In this document: one piece after another, positions 9,436 to 19,864 of the stretch
Layout: every line of letters begins with the position of its first letter
How positions within the stretch are numbered: position 1 is the first letter of the stretch
Virus record (IMG/VR): IMGVR_UViG_3300043812_000016
Location: 64,001-128,000 of that record
Source of the DNA: a virus
Taxonomy: Duplodnaviria; Caudoviricetes
DNA: 64,000 nucleotides
Reading direction: 5' to 3' (one strand)
Notes under the pieces: model-generated
Databases searched by the model: none
Told to the model about the DNA's origin: nothing
The model's input: the letters and a program-made list of their open reading frames with translations, nothing else
Translations under genes and position numbers: made by a program

Positions 9436-11376
9436 ATGGCACTAATTCCTTCATCTGATACTATGAAGCGAATCTATCCAAAGTTTTATAATTCACGTCC
9501 TCACGTAGAAACGAGTTATGATGACTCAGCCTTAACTAATCAATCTTCCGATTCAGAAAAGAATATCTTTTTGCTAGGTTCAGCAACAGAAGGTAATCCT
9601 AATAATGTTTATGAAATTAAGTCATCTGCCAGCGCTCGTAAGATCTTTGGTTCTGGTGACTTAGTAAAGGCAATGGAATTGATTTGGAATCCAACGGGTG
9701 ACTACTACCAAAATGGTGGTAAGGTTTATGCTATGCGGGTTGAAAATGCTACGCAAGCTTCACTAGAAGAAGGTCCTATCACTATTACTTCTAAAGTTTT
9801 TGGTGCTAGTGCTAATAAGATTGGGGTTTCATTTACTCGGGACGCTTTATCACAGGGTTATAATTTACGGGTAGAATATGAACCACAAATGTACGCTAAG
9901 AATTACACTAACATCGGTAATATCTTTGCTATTTACCACGGTGGTCGTCAAGCTACAGCTAAGTACTATGGTTACAAGGTTGTAGGTAATGTTGCTCGTG
10001 CTAATAAGTTTATCTTAGCTATGGGTGATGATTCTAAGAATATGCAAGTAGTTCGTGAATTAGACCTTACTAAGGTTTCGTTTGACGAAGTACAAAAGCT
10101 TCTGTCCGCTATTAACGCAACACCGGGATTTCAATCTACAGTTTTGAAGACTTGCGCTCGCATCAGCACTGCAGACTTAGACTTAACTCCGGGTGACGAC
10201 TATGTAATGATTGGTACAGAAGATGAACCAACTACTGTTACTAGTGTTTACGGTGACTTGAAGTTATCTACTCGAATGGACCCTTACATTTCAGTAAGCA
10301 TTAATTCATTAGGTGCGCCTACGGGCGTTCAGGCTACTCCTACTGCTGATGGTGCTACTATTACTGCTACTCCAGTTAAGAAAGATATTCAAATTTTTGC
10401 TAATGAATACCTTTCTGGTGGAGACGATGGTCAAGTACCTATTTCATGGGCTGATAAGTTTAAGAATGTTCATGGTAAGAATGTTTACTACATTGTTCCA
10501 TTAACAGCCGAAGAAAATGTTCATGCTGAATTAGCTGAATTCCTTAGTGAAGAAAATATCTTAGGTTATAACTATATGTCATTTGTTGGTGGGGGTTATA
10601 ACGAAGACTTTAACTATGCAATTAACCGTCAATTAGGCTTGCAATCAAACCGTGTAGCTTTAGTTGCTAACTCTGGTATCTATACTAACTTGTCGGGTAA
10701 TGAAGTTCATATTCCTGCTTACTTAATGGCCGCTTATGTTGCTGGTATTGCTTCTAGTCTACCTATTGGTACTCCAGTTACTCATAAGCACCTTAACTTA
10801 GTAAGTTTGGATCAAAACTTCGATGGGGACGAACTTGATCAATTAGACGCTAATGGTGTTATTGCAATTGAAAACCAAGTACGTAGAAATACGTCTGGTG
10901 GATTTACTATTGTAGAAGATGTAACTACTTACAACTCTACTAACGAACCTACCAAGAATGTTGTTTCATTACAAGAAATTACAGACTTCTTATTTGACGA
11001 CTTGCGTTACTACCTTGAAGACAACTTCATCGGTATGCCAGTACATCAAATTACAAGTGGTTTGATTAATACCTTTATTGAAGCATTCTTGAAGCAACGG
11101 GTTTCTGATGGTATGTTAGCTAGTTATGACGGTACATCAATTCAAACTGTAATTAATGGTAACCAAGCCTATGTATCATTCTCCTGCGCTCCATCACGTG
11201 GGTTACGAACTATCTATGTTGCTGGTACTTATACTAACTTTGTATCAAGTGCTGGTGGTAATGGTGGTTCTAACTCTGATTATGATGGGATTGAAGGTAA
11301 TGGAATTAATCCAGACACGGAGACCGTGGCTGGGATCGAAGCCAACTCAAGAGTCCAGACTCACTATGCAGATTAG
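9436..11376 (+). CDS. Contractile tail sheath protein
   Basis: SRPHVET, IFGSGDLVKAMELIWNP and FTIVEDVTTYN..KNVVSLQEITDFL motifs. RBS AAGGA before ATG 9436. Confidence 0.93.
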   Translation: MALIPSSDTMKRIYPKFYNSRPHVETSYDDSALTNQSSDSEKNIFLLGSATEGNPNNVYEIKSSASARKIFGSGDLVKAMELIWNPTGDYYQNGGKVYAMRVENATQASLEEGPITITSKVFGASANKIGVSFTRDALSQGYNLRVEYEPQMYAKNYTNIGNIFAIYHGGRQATAKYYGYKVVGNVARANKFILAMGDDSKNMQVVRELDLTKVSFDEVQKLLSAINATPGFQSTVLKTCARISTADLDLTPGDDYVMIGTEDEPTTVTSVYGDLKLSTRMDPYISVSINSLGAPTGVQATPTADGATITATPVKKDIQIFANEYLSGGDDGQVPISWADKFKNVHGKNVYYIVPLTAEENVHAELAEFLSEENILGYNYMSFVGGGYNEDFNYAINRQLGLQSNRVALVANSGIYTNLSGNEVHIPAYLMAAYVAGIASSLPIGTPVTHKHLNLVSLDQNFDGDELDQLDANGVIAIENQVRRNTSGGFTIVEDVTTYNSTNEPTKNVVSLQEITDFLFDDLRYYLEDNFIGMPVHQITSGLINTFIEAFLKQRVSDGMLASYDGTSIQTVINGNQAYVSFSCAPSRGLRTIYVAGTYTNFVSSAGGNGGSNSDYDGIEGNGINPDTETVAGIEANSRVQTHYAD

Positions 11377-11406
11377 CAGACTACAATAAAACAATTAATT
11401 AAATTA

Positions 11407-11440
11407 GAACCCTGTATCATTAACTTGATATAGGGTTTTT
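11407..11440 (+). terminator. Terminator after the sheath gene
   Basis: GAACCCTGTATCA-ttaact-TGATATAGGGTTT followed by Ts. Confidence 0.8.
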
Positions 11441-11475
11441 CATATATTAAGAATAGTTGAAAGCGAGGATATAAA

Positions 11476-12108
11476 ATGGCTAAAACAAAAGAGGAAATCT
11501 TAGCTGAAATGAAAAAAGCGCAAGCACAGCAACGAGAAGTTCGAGAACATACAGGAAGGGCACCTCGTGGTGGGGAGGCTCAACCTGTAGAAGAAAAACA
11601 GTCTAAAGAAGAAAAGAAACAACAATCAGTCTCTGATGACGTTAGAATTAAGCAATTAGAAGAGAAGGTTCAAGCCTTAAAACGAGATAAGGCAGATTTA
11701 AGAGACCAAGTAGAAAACAAAGAACAGGTAAGTAATTACCAAAAGGAACAAGAAGCTTTATCTTCCATTGTTCAAAATAATGATGATTACCATTTTGTTA
11801 AGAAGTATACAGTTTCTACTGCTAAAGGACAAAAACGTGAATTTGTAGTTAAAATGCACGCCCCTAGTGTAATGGAACAAGCTGAAATTCAACAGGAGTT
11901 TGTTGACCTCACTTCTGGTCGAGGTGCTGGTTTCTTAGCTGGTTTACAAGATTTGTATTTGGCGATTGGTTACTTCCGTGTGGTTGGAGATAATGTACCT
12001 AATTGGTTTACTGATGTAGATAAGACTTATCGGGTAGACATCCTATTAGACGTATTTCGTGACTATGAGGAATGGTTAGACTTTTTTCTGCAAGACCAGC
12101 TCCAGTAG
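11476..12108 (+). CDS. Tail assembly chaperone
   Basis: Sits between the sheath and tape measure genes. C-terminal ...VGDNVPNWF...Y...WLDFF resembles Herelleviridae chaperones. Confidence 0.72.
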   Translation: MAKTKEEILAEMKKAQAQQREVREHTGRAPRGGEAQPVEEKQSKEEKKQQSVSDDVRIKQLEEKVQALKRDKADLRDQVENKEQVSNYQKEQEALSSIVQNNDDYHFVKKYTVSTAKGQKREFVVKMHAPSVMEQAEIQQEFVDLTSGRGAGFLAGLQDLYLAIGYFRVVGDNVPNWFTDVDKTYRVDILLDVFRDYEEWLDFFLQDQLQ

Positions 12109-12649
12109 AAAAGATATAAAAGAACACCCAGATTGGAATATTAACCTATCTCCTGCTTTAAATCGTCTTGGTGGTATTCAAACTTTAGTTCGTTCTACCT
12201 CTGGTCGTAATATGTGGGCTATTATGAAGTTTTTTAAAGTGCTTCCTAATGATCCATTATTAAAGTCACTTACTTTTGCTCAACGGGAGTTTATTATTGC
12301 GTCTATGAATGAGGACGTAAAAGAGGCGGAGCGCCAAGCTAAAGGTGAGAAAGAAGTTTCTCATGTTGAAGATAAGAGCTTTGAAAAGAAGTTCTACTCT
12401 AACGAAAATGTTGAGCTTCTCGAACAGGGAGATAACTTAGACGATATTTATAAGCAGACACTTAAGCTTAAGGCTAAAGAGGACGCTCGACAGGGTGTTA
12501 GCGAGAACTATGATGAGGTTCTTGACTTTAAGATTAAGCAGGCTATTGAAGAACACGAATTGAAGCAACGGAATGCAGAAGCACAAGTTGACGAAAACTG
12601 GAAGAAATTAATTGAAAAGTCTAATAATTATGAATTTGATGATGAGTAG
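12083..12649 (+). CDS. Tail chaperone C-terminal extension, likely reached by a +1 frameshift at TTT.TTT.C
   Basis: The +1 frame is open from the T-run at 12082-12087 through GGIQTLVRSTSGRNMWAIMKFFKVLP, with no good RBS before ATG 12212. Confidence 0.65.
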   Translation, partial: FFCKTSSSRKDIKEHPDWNINLSPALNRLGGIQTLVRSTSGRNMWAIMKFFKVLPNDPLLKSLTFAQREFIIASMNEDVKEAERQAKGEKEVSHVEDKSFEKKFYSNENVELLEQGDNLDDIYKQTLKLKAKEDARQGVSENYDEVLDFKIKQAIEEHELKQRNAEAQVDENWKKLIEKSNNYEFDDE

Positions 12650-12657
12650 GTGAAGTA

Positions 12658-15600
12658 ATGTCAGTGTCACGATATACAGTAAAACTTGATATTGGCGATG
12701 GTCGTTTTAAATCTCTTGCTAGTCAGTTAAACAGATTAAATAAAGAAATTGATCGGGTCTATCAACGAGGTCAAGATAATAACAATACTGTAAGTGACAA
12801 AGACTTAACTAACTTACAAAGTCATTTATCTGGTCTTGTACAGGCAATTGATGATAAAAAGCAACGGACTAATGAACAATTAGATCAAGCAAGGATTGTT
12901 AATGATACAGACCAGATTGCTAAATTTTTAGACGAATTAAAAGAGTTGACAGACGCTGGTAAGGAGTCTAATCAACTCTTTTCTTCTTATAAATTTAATC
13001 AAGTAAACAATTATCGAGTTAATTCTTCAAGAGCATTTAGAACTAATGACTTCGATAAACTTAATTCTGATTTTCAACATGATTTAACTGATTTAAAAGA
13101 TAATATTGGTAAGTTAAGTAATCGTAGTAAGATTTTAGAAAGACGTTGGGATCGTGGCGTTTTTAATGGTGCGGTTACTTATGAACGGTGGCAAAAGTAT
13201 CAAGACCAAAATCAAACCCAAGCCAACGAGTATGATAATTATAATAATCAATATCAAGAATTAAAAAAGCAGTATGAAGACCAGTTACAACAATTAACTA
13301 AGGAACGAAATGTTTTAAATAATCAGATTGAGTCTGGTAAAGGTAGTCAAGATGATATTACTAAACGATCTGCATTAGACGAACAGATCATAAAAATGCG
13401 AAAGGTAGATCAGACTTTAAGTGATTTAGCTAATACACTCAACAATACTGGAAGTCGGATTAATCTCTCTAATGCTAAGCTACATGATAAACAGACTGTA
13501 GATACTGTTGTTTTACCCGCTAAGGATTCACTAGAAGGTTTTCTTAGTACTCATAAGCGAATTCTTACTCGCTCTGCTATTGTAGGTGCAGTTGGTAATA
13601 CTATACGTGCTTATAATACAGGAAATAGTCTTATTTTAAATAATTTTGATAATATTAAGTCAACTGTTTATGCTTCTGGTTTAGGAGAAAATAAGGTAGA
13701 AAATACTTTAGCAGACGCTGGATTTAGTATGGGCTATGGTTTAGATGAGATGAGTAATTATCTTAATAATTATACGTCCGCTACTGGTAATGCTAATTTA
13801 AGTCGAAATCAAATTAAAGACGTAACAAGGTCTTGGGCTGGATTGTCTCGATATTCTGGTGCTAATGATTCTACCACTCAAAACTTGGAATACGTAAGTG
13901 CTATGACCTCATTAGCTGGTACTAAAGAATTTAGTAGCTTAGCGAATGCAATTCAAAATGAGATTACTAATTCTGGTATGAATGCAAAGGCTAATGAGCA
14001 ACAACAAGCCCTAGCTAATATGTATCAAACAGCTTTTAATGTTTCTGGTAGTACTTTATCAACTAGAGATCAAAAAGAAATTGCTGGTTTTCAAGGGGTT
14101 ATGGCTCAAACCGGTAAGTCTGAATTACAAGGACAACAGGGGGCGCAAGCCTATGCTGGTTTAGTCTCAGCCTTTCAGCCTAGTAACATAGCCTCTCTTA
14201 GGTTATTTACTGGCAATGATCCAGCTTATCAAACAAGAGAAGGTCATGCTCAAGCTATTTTTGATATGCAGGACGCTTCTAAACATCCATACAAATATAA
14301 GACTGCTATTGATAACCTTTTAAGAAATGCTAAGACACAAGCTCGTACTAAAAACGGTGATGTTACAATTGCTTCTGCTAATCTTTATAAATTATCAAAA
14401 GAGAGCGGTGGTAATCTTTCACCTCAACAAGCTAAAGACTTAGTAGAGCTTTATAAGCATAAGAAGTTTACTAAGAAGAATGTTGATAAGATTGTTAAGG
14501 GTAGTGGCAAAGGAAATAAAGATAAATATGATAAAACTGGTGCTAAGACCATTCAGCAACAGCAAAAGGCTATTCAAGAAAGTGAAGTTAAAGCTTCCCA
14601 TGCTTTAAATCATTTCACCCATAAGCTTAATTGGATAAATAAGACTTTTTGGATTAGTAATATTATGTCTGGAGTAGGAACGTCTATAGGTGTTTCTATG
14701 TTAGGTGATCTAGGAGTAGGTCTTATTTATGGAGGTTATGCTAAGAGTGGTTATCAAAAGATAGCAGGTAGTCTTAAGAATCGAGGACTTAAAGGTACTT
14801 TATCTGCTATTAAAGGTAAGGGTAGTAGCCTAAAAGATTCCTTAATTTCGATTATAAGCAACGCTAAGAGCGATAAGTCTAGTTCCAGTGTATCTGGTAC
14901 TAAAATGATTAAAAGAGCTAAATCGGGGCTTAAAATTAATCCTACGACACTTGTAAAATCTGGATCTAAAGTTCCTGCTAGAAAGATAGGTAAAGCCGGT
15001 GCTTTAATTGGTGTTGGTATGGGTGCTTATGCTTTATATGATAGTTATAAGAATGATAATAAAGCTCATGCTTCTACAGTTAACCCTAAAGAAGATAATT
15101 CTCGTTCTAAGAATAAGAAACAGTCTAATAAGAAAGCTTCTAGTATGACTGTTAGTAAGTTAGCTAAGCAGGTTCAGAACAAATATAAGCGACTTCATAA
15201 GTCAGAGTGGCGTTTAATTGATTATCTTAATACTTATTGGGATATTTTCTTGCGTAAAGCTAAAGAATCTGGTAGTAGCTCTAGCTCTAGTGATGATGTT
15301 GGTAGTGACTCAGGAGGAGATTCTGCTAAGTCCCCAGAAGAGTGGAAGGATGATATTAAAAAAGCCGCCAAAGCTATGGGACAGAATGTATCAGACGAAC
15401 AAGTCAATATGATTGTTTCCATGATTAAGGCTGAGTCTGGAGGAGATCCTACTGTTACTCAGCAGATTAGTGATATTAATTCGGCTAATGGTCATCCAGC
15501 TCAAGGTCTTTTACAATACGTCCCTTCAACTTTTGAACATTATGCAGTTAAGGGTCATACAAATATTAAATCTGGTTATGATCAATTACTTGCTCTATTT

Positions 15601-15999
15601 AATGACTCTAACTGGGCTAGAGATATTCATTATGGTGGTGGATGGGGTCCTACTGGTAACCCTATTAAGACTAATGCTACTGGCGGTATTCGTTATCACG
15701 CTACAGGTAACACATATAGTACACGGGTAGCTCAGACTCCTACTAATCAATTCAATATGAATTTACAGCATCCATTAGAATTGCAAACACTTTTTAAGCA
15801 GAATATTAGGAAGTCTCAAAACTATATTAAAGTTCAGAGAAATCGTGGAAAAGTTAATGTTAATGTAAACGTTAATCGGAGTAATATTCTTAAGGTTCAG
15901 CAGGTTGTAGACCAAACAATTAATGAGGAATTTAACTTTTGGTTGCAGTCTAAGAAGGCTGAACAGTATGCAAGCTTTTATAGTAATGAAGTTGGGTAG
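12658..15999 (+). CDS. Tape-measure-like tail protein 1 with C-terminal lytic transglycosylase (SLT) domain
   Basis: Coiled-coil N-terminus and Ala/Gly/Gln-rich core. C-terminal IKAESGGDP...GHPAQGLLQYVPSTF...YDQLLA SLT motif. Confidence 0.8.
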   Translation: MSVSRYTVKLDIGDGRFKSLASQLNRLNKEIDRVYQRGQDNNNTVSDKDLTNLQSHLSGLVQAIDDKKQRTNEQLDQARIVNDTDQIAKFLDELKELTDAGKESNQLFSSYKFNQVNNYRVNSSRAFRTNDFDKLNSDFQHDLTDLKDNIGKLSNRSKILERRWDRGVFNGAVTYERWQKYQDQNQTQANEYDNYNNQYQELKKQYEDQLQQLTKERNVLNNQIESGKGSQDDITKRSALDEQIIKMRKVDQTLSDLANTLNNTGSRINLSNAKLHDKQTVDTVVLPAKDSLEGFLSTHKRILTRSAIVGAVGNTIRAYNTGNSLILNNFDNIKSTVYASGLGENKVENTLADAGFSMGYGLDEMSNYLNNYTSATGNANLSRNQIKDVTRSWAGLSRYSGANDSTTQNLEYVSAMTSLAGTKEFSSLANAIQNEITNSGMNAKANEQQQALANMYQTAFNVSGSTLSTRDQKEIAGFQGVMAQTGKSELQGQQGAQAYAGLVSAFQPSNIASLRLFTGNDPAYQTREGHAQAIFDMQDASKHPYKYKTAIDNLLRNAKTQARTKNGDVTIASANLYKLSKESGGNLSPQQAKDLVELYKHKKFTKKNVDKIVKGSGKGNKDKYDKTGAKTIQQQQKAIQESEVKASHALNHFTHKLNWINKTFWISNIMSGVGTSIGVSMLGDLGVGLIYGGYAKSGYQKIAGSLKNRGLKGTLSAIKGKGSSLKDSLISIISNAKSDKSSSSVSGTKMIKRAKSGLKINPTTLVKSGSKVPARKIGKAGALIGVGMGAYALYDSYKNDNKAHASTVNPKEDNSRSKNKKQSNKKASSMTVSKLAKQVQNKYKRLHKSEWRLIDYLNTYWDIFLRKAKESGSSSSSSDDVGSDSGGDSAKSPEEWKDDIKKAAKAMGQNVSDEQVNMIVSMIKAESGGDPTVTQQISDINSANGHPAQGLLQYVPSTFEHYAVKGHTNIKSGYDQLLALFNDSNWARDIHYGGGWGPTGNPIKTNATGGIRYHATGNTYSTRVAQTPTNQFNMNLQHPLELQTLFKQNIRKSQNYIKVQRNRGKVNVNVNVNRSNILKVQQVVDQTINEEFNFWLQSKKAEQYASFYSNEVG

Positions 16000-16007
16000 G
16001 TGATTGA

Positions 16008-19000
16008 GTGAGCAAGCAAGAAGATACAAATATTAAGGTTACGGCTGATGTTGACCCCGCCAAAGCGAGTCTTCGAGAAATTGAGGATCTAGTTAGTTCT
16101 ACCCAACAGAAGATTAATCGGGTATTTAGTACTGTACAAGATAATAACGGTCAGATTAGTAATAAGCAGTTAGCTGGGGTTCAAAATGGCTTTGGTCGTT
16201 TAGACGAAGTTAAATCCGCTTTAGATAATGCTCTTAACCAAGCTAAGGCAACTCAAAATGGTTCTAAGCTAGAAGAAAGCATTAATACTTTAGCTCCTAA
16301 GTTAGATCTAGTTGTTAGTAGTTTAAGAGAGTTAAGATCTGGTAATAATAGTACTAAGCTTGATTCTATCTTTAATGCTCGTACAACTACTTCTCGTGCT
16401 TTTAGAGATGATAGTGCTACTATTCGTGGTGAACAGGGAGACTTTAGTCAACAAAATTTACATTATGAGAGTTTAGCTAGAGAAAGCCGATCTGATATTC
16501 ATAATTTAGCTAGTTCGCTTAAACGTGAAATGGGTAACTTAGACGTTGGTAGGAAGTCTGGTTATATTTCATATAATCGTTATCACCAGTACAAAGCCTC
16601 GTCTCAGTCTATTCAAAGCCGTTTGCAAGAACAACGAGATCGGTTTAATTCTCCTACTGGTGATATTGCTCGTTTTGCTAGTTATTATCAAAATTTACAA
16701 ACTCAAGGCAAAAGAAGCTAATAATGTTGCTTCTGCACCGGGTGCAACTACTGAGCAGGTTCGTTATGCTAGAGCTTTAGACGAACAAGTTAAGCACCTA
16801 GAAAAGGTTAATGAGCGATTTAAGAAGCAGGAAGAAGAATTACGAACTGCCGAAAAGAATTCAGAGTCGTTTAATGATCGCCTTAATGATACTCAAGGGA
16901 GTAACTATTGGCGATGATCCTAATTCTTTTATGGGTCAGCTTAATAAGCGTAAATATACTATTTTACGTGGTGCTATCTGCCTCGGAGGCGCTTCTATTG
17001 CTAGTGCTTATGCTCAAGGAAATAGTTTAAGACTTTCTAGTTTTGACGATATTAAGTCTACTGCATATGCTAATGGCGGTAGAGATGGTGAAGTTCTTAA
17101 TACCTTAGGCGACTATGGTTATAAATATGGTTATAATGGCGCAGAAATGGGTCAGTTTGCCAATGCTTATACTTCTACTACTGGTAATGTGGGGAGTACT
17201 AGAGATGTTGCTGGTGTTGCTCAGACGTGGGCTAGACAATCTCGTATCACAGGAGCTAATGCACAGAGTACTTTAGGGCTAGAACAGACTGTCGGTAATA
17301 GTGCTAATTTAAATTCTAGTCAGATGAGTAGTGTTGGTAATGCAATTACTAATTCTATTATTAATTCTGGTATGAGTGCTAAGGCAACTGAACAGCAACA
17401 AGGATTATCTATGTTAATCCAGAATGCAAGTAATCAGGGTCTTACTGCTCGTGATGAAAAGAACTTAGCGGGCTTCCAAGGTGCGATTGCTAGTGGCGGG
17501 GCACAATTCCAAGGTACACAAGGCGCTCAAAATACTATGCAGTTAGCTCAAGGATTAGGTAATGTTAATAACCCAATGATGAGACAGCTTTTTGCTCAGT
17601 CTAATCCTAGTCGCTATACAGGGGTAGAGGGTTCTGCTAATATGGTTTTTGATATGCAAGAGTTCCAGAAGAAACCATGGAAGATGAAAGGAATTCTCCA
17701 AAATGCTGAAAAAGATTTTGGTAGTCGCAAGGTTGCTTCCGCTAATCTATATCAGGCGACTGGTGTTCCGGCAGAGACTATTGAAAAGTGGATTCAATTA
17801 GCAGATTCTGGTAAGTTAGACAAGAAGCATATAGATAAGCTAGAAAAATCATCTAGTGCAAGTAAAGAAGGCGGGAAAGCAGATCAGGATTATGATAAGA
17901 CGGGAGCTTCACAACTTCAAAAGTATAATTCTGCATTAGCTGATTCTGCTATGAAAGCTAGTCAAGCTTTAGACGGTTTACGTGGTATTATTGCTAAGGC
18001 TTATAAGGCTGGTGGTGGGTTATCTCCATTTGTTTCTGGTGTCGCTAGTGCATTTGGTGCTGGTGCTGGAAATCTTATGAGTATCTATGCTCTTGATAGG
18101 CTAAGAGGTAAAGGTGGTTCTGGAGGTGCTGGAGGGTCTGGTATCTTAGGGCGTATCTTTAAAGGTGGTAAATCACCTGTAGAAAAGGAAGCTGAAAAAG
18201 CAACTGCTAAAGCTGGAGAAGAAGCTGTTAAAATTGGTGCTAAATCAGTTTCCCGTTCTGGTATCAAAGCTACTGCTTCTGGTATTCTAAAGTCTAGTAA
18301 ATTAAGAGGTTTAGTTCGTGGTGCTAAGGCTGGACTACCGGGTGTTGGTGATTTAGTCTTTGGCGGTTTAGACTTAGCCACCTCTGTTGCAACTACTAAG
18401 AAAGGTACTAAAGCTCGTAGAAAGGCTGTTGGTTCTAGCTTAGGCTCATCTGCTGGTAGTGTTGCTGGTGGGGTTGTTGGTGGACTGATAGGTTCAATTT
18501 TCCCCGGTGCTGGTACTGCGGTTGGTGCAGTTGCTGGTAGTGTAGCTGGTGGCTGGTTAGGTGATAAGTTTGGTGGTTTCCTTGGTGGTAAGATAGGTAA
18601 GTCTAAGGATAAAGCTATTAATAAAGCTAAAGGACAATCACTTAGAGACGCTCGTAAGACTGCAAGTAAGTATAATAAGTCTGGTGGCGTACTAAGAGGT
18701 ATTCTAAAGAATGGTAAGCGATTCTTACCGGGGGTTGCTCTTGGTATTGCAGGCTTAGGCTTAATGGACGATTTCTTTGGAGGTAAAGCTAAAGCTTCCT
18801 CAAAGAAGGGCAGTGAGAAATCAGAAGCATGGCGTATTTTGCGTGGCTATGATAAAATGCTTGATCATGCTATGCGAGTAGTTCAATCTGCTAAGTCTAT
18901 TAAGAACGGTGGAGATTCTAGTTCTAAGAGTGACGACTCAGATATATCTGGTACTTCCGGTGAGGGAGAAAAGGCTATTCGGAGCGTTGCAAAAGCTATT

Positions 19001-19750
19001 GGTAAGAAGCTTGGTGTTGATCCTAAACTAGTTTATGCACAATTGATGCACGAAACTAATGGCGGTACTCATATGGCTGGTAAAAACAACTATGGTGGTA
19101 TTGTTTATGCTGGTCAGAAAGGTGCTAAAGCTGGGTCTCATCAGCCAGACGGTAGTGGTAATTATGCAGACTTTGATAGCCTAGACGACTTTGCTAATGC
19201 TTATGCTTCTACTCTTCAGAAGATGGGTATTAATAGTAGTATTAAGTCTGTTAATGACTGGGCTAATCAGCTTCATAGTAAGGGTTACTTTACTGATTCT
19301 CCTGCTAATTATGCTGGGGGAATGGAAAGATTTGCTAAGCAGTATGCTGTTGGTGGTATTCGTCAATACGCTTCTGGTAGTCCTTTAATCACAGATCATC
19401 CAACTACTAATAATGGTAGTGATGTTTATGGTGAGGCTGGGACAGAAGCTTATGTACCATTAAATGCTGGTCATTACTTTAGTGGGCTTTCTACTTTAGA
19501 CGACTTAGCTGGTATCTTTGGTAAAAAGGTAGTTAATCCGGGAGTTTCTGAGTCAGGTGGAAAATCAACTACTATTAATCCAAGTTATAATATTAACCTT
19601 ACGATTAATGGTGGTACTGATGATCCAGATACATTAGCCCAAACAGTGGCTAATAAAGTAAGAGAAATGCTAAGTCAATATGATAGTCAGCAAGCAATGA
19701 GTAACCAGCAAACATTCTTTGCTAATGAAACTTCTGGACTTCTAGTCTAA
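16008..19750 (+). CDS. Tape-measure-like tail protein 2 with C-terminal glucosaminidase (GH73-like) domain; two apparent frameshifts near 16707 and 16897
   Basis: Three overlapping ORFs join into about 1246 aa if one G is removed at each ACTCAAGG site. Gly-rich hydrophobic segments. AQLMHET...NNYGGI...YADFDSLDD...GYFTD motif. Confidence 0.78.
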
Positions 19751-19792
19751 ATGAAGTTATAATTTAGTTGAACATTTGTTAATACACACCCA

Positions 19793-19829
19793 AAAATCCT
19801 CTATGTTTCAGACGTACATAGGGGATTTT
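19793..19829 (+). terminator. Hairpin/terminator after tape measure 2
   Basis: AAAATCCTCTATGT ... ACATAGGGGATTTT inverted repeat. Confidence 0.65.
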
Positions 19830-19864
19830 GATTTATATTAAAACTAAATAAAGGGGTGAAAATT

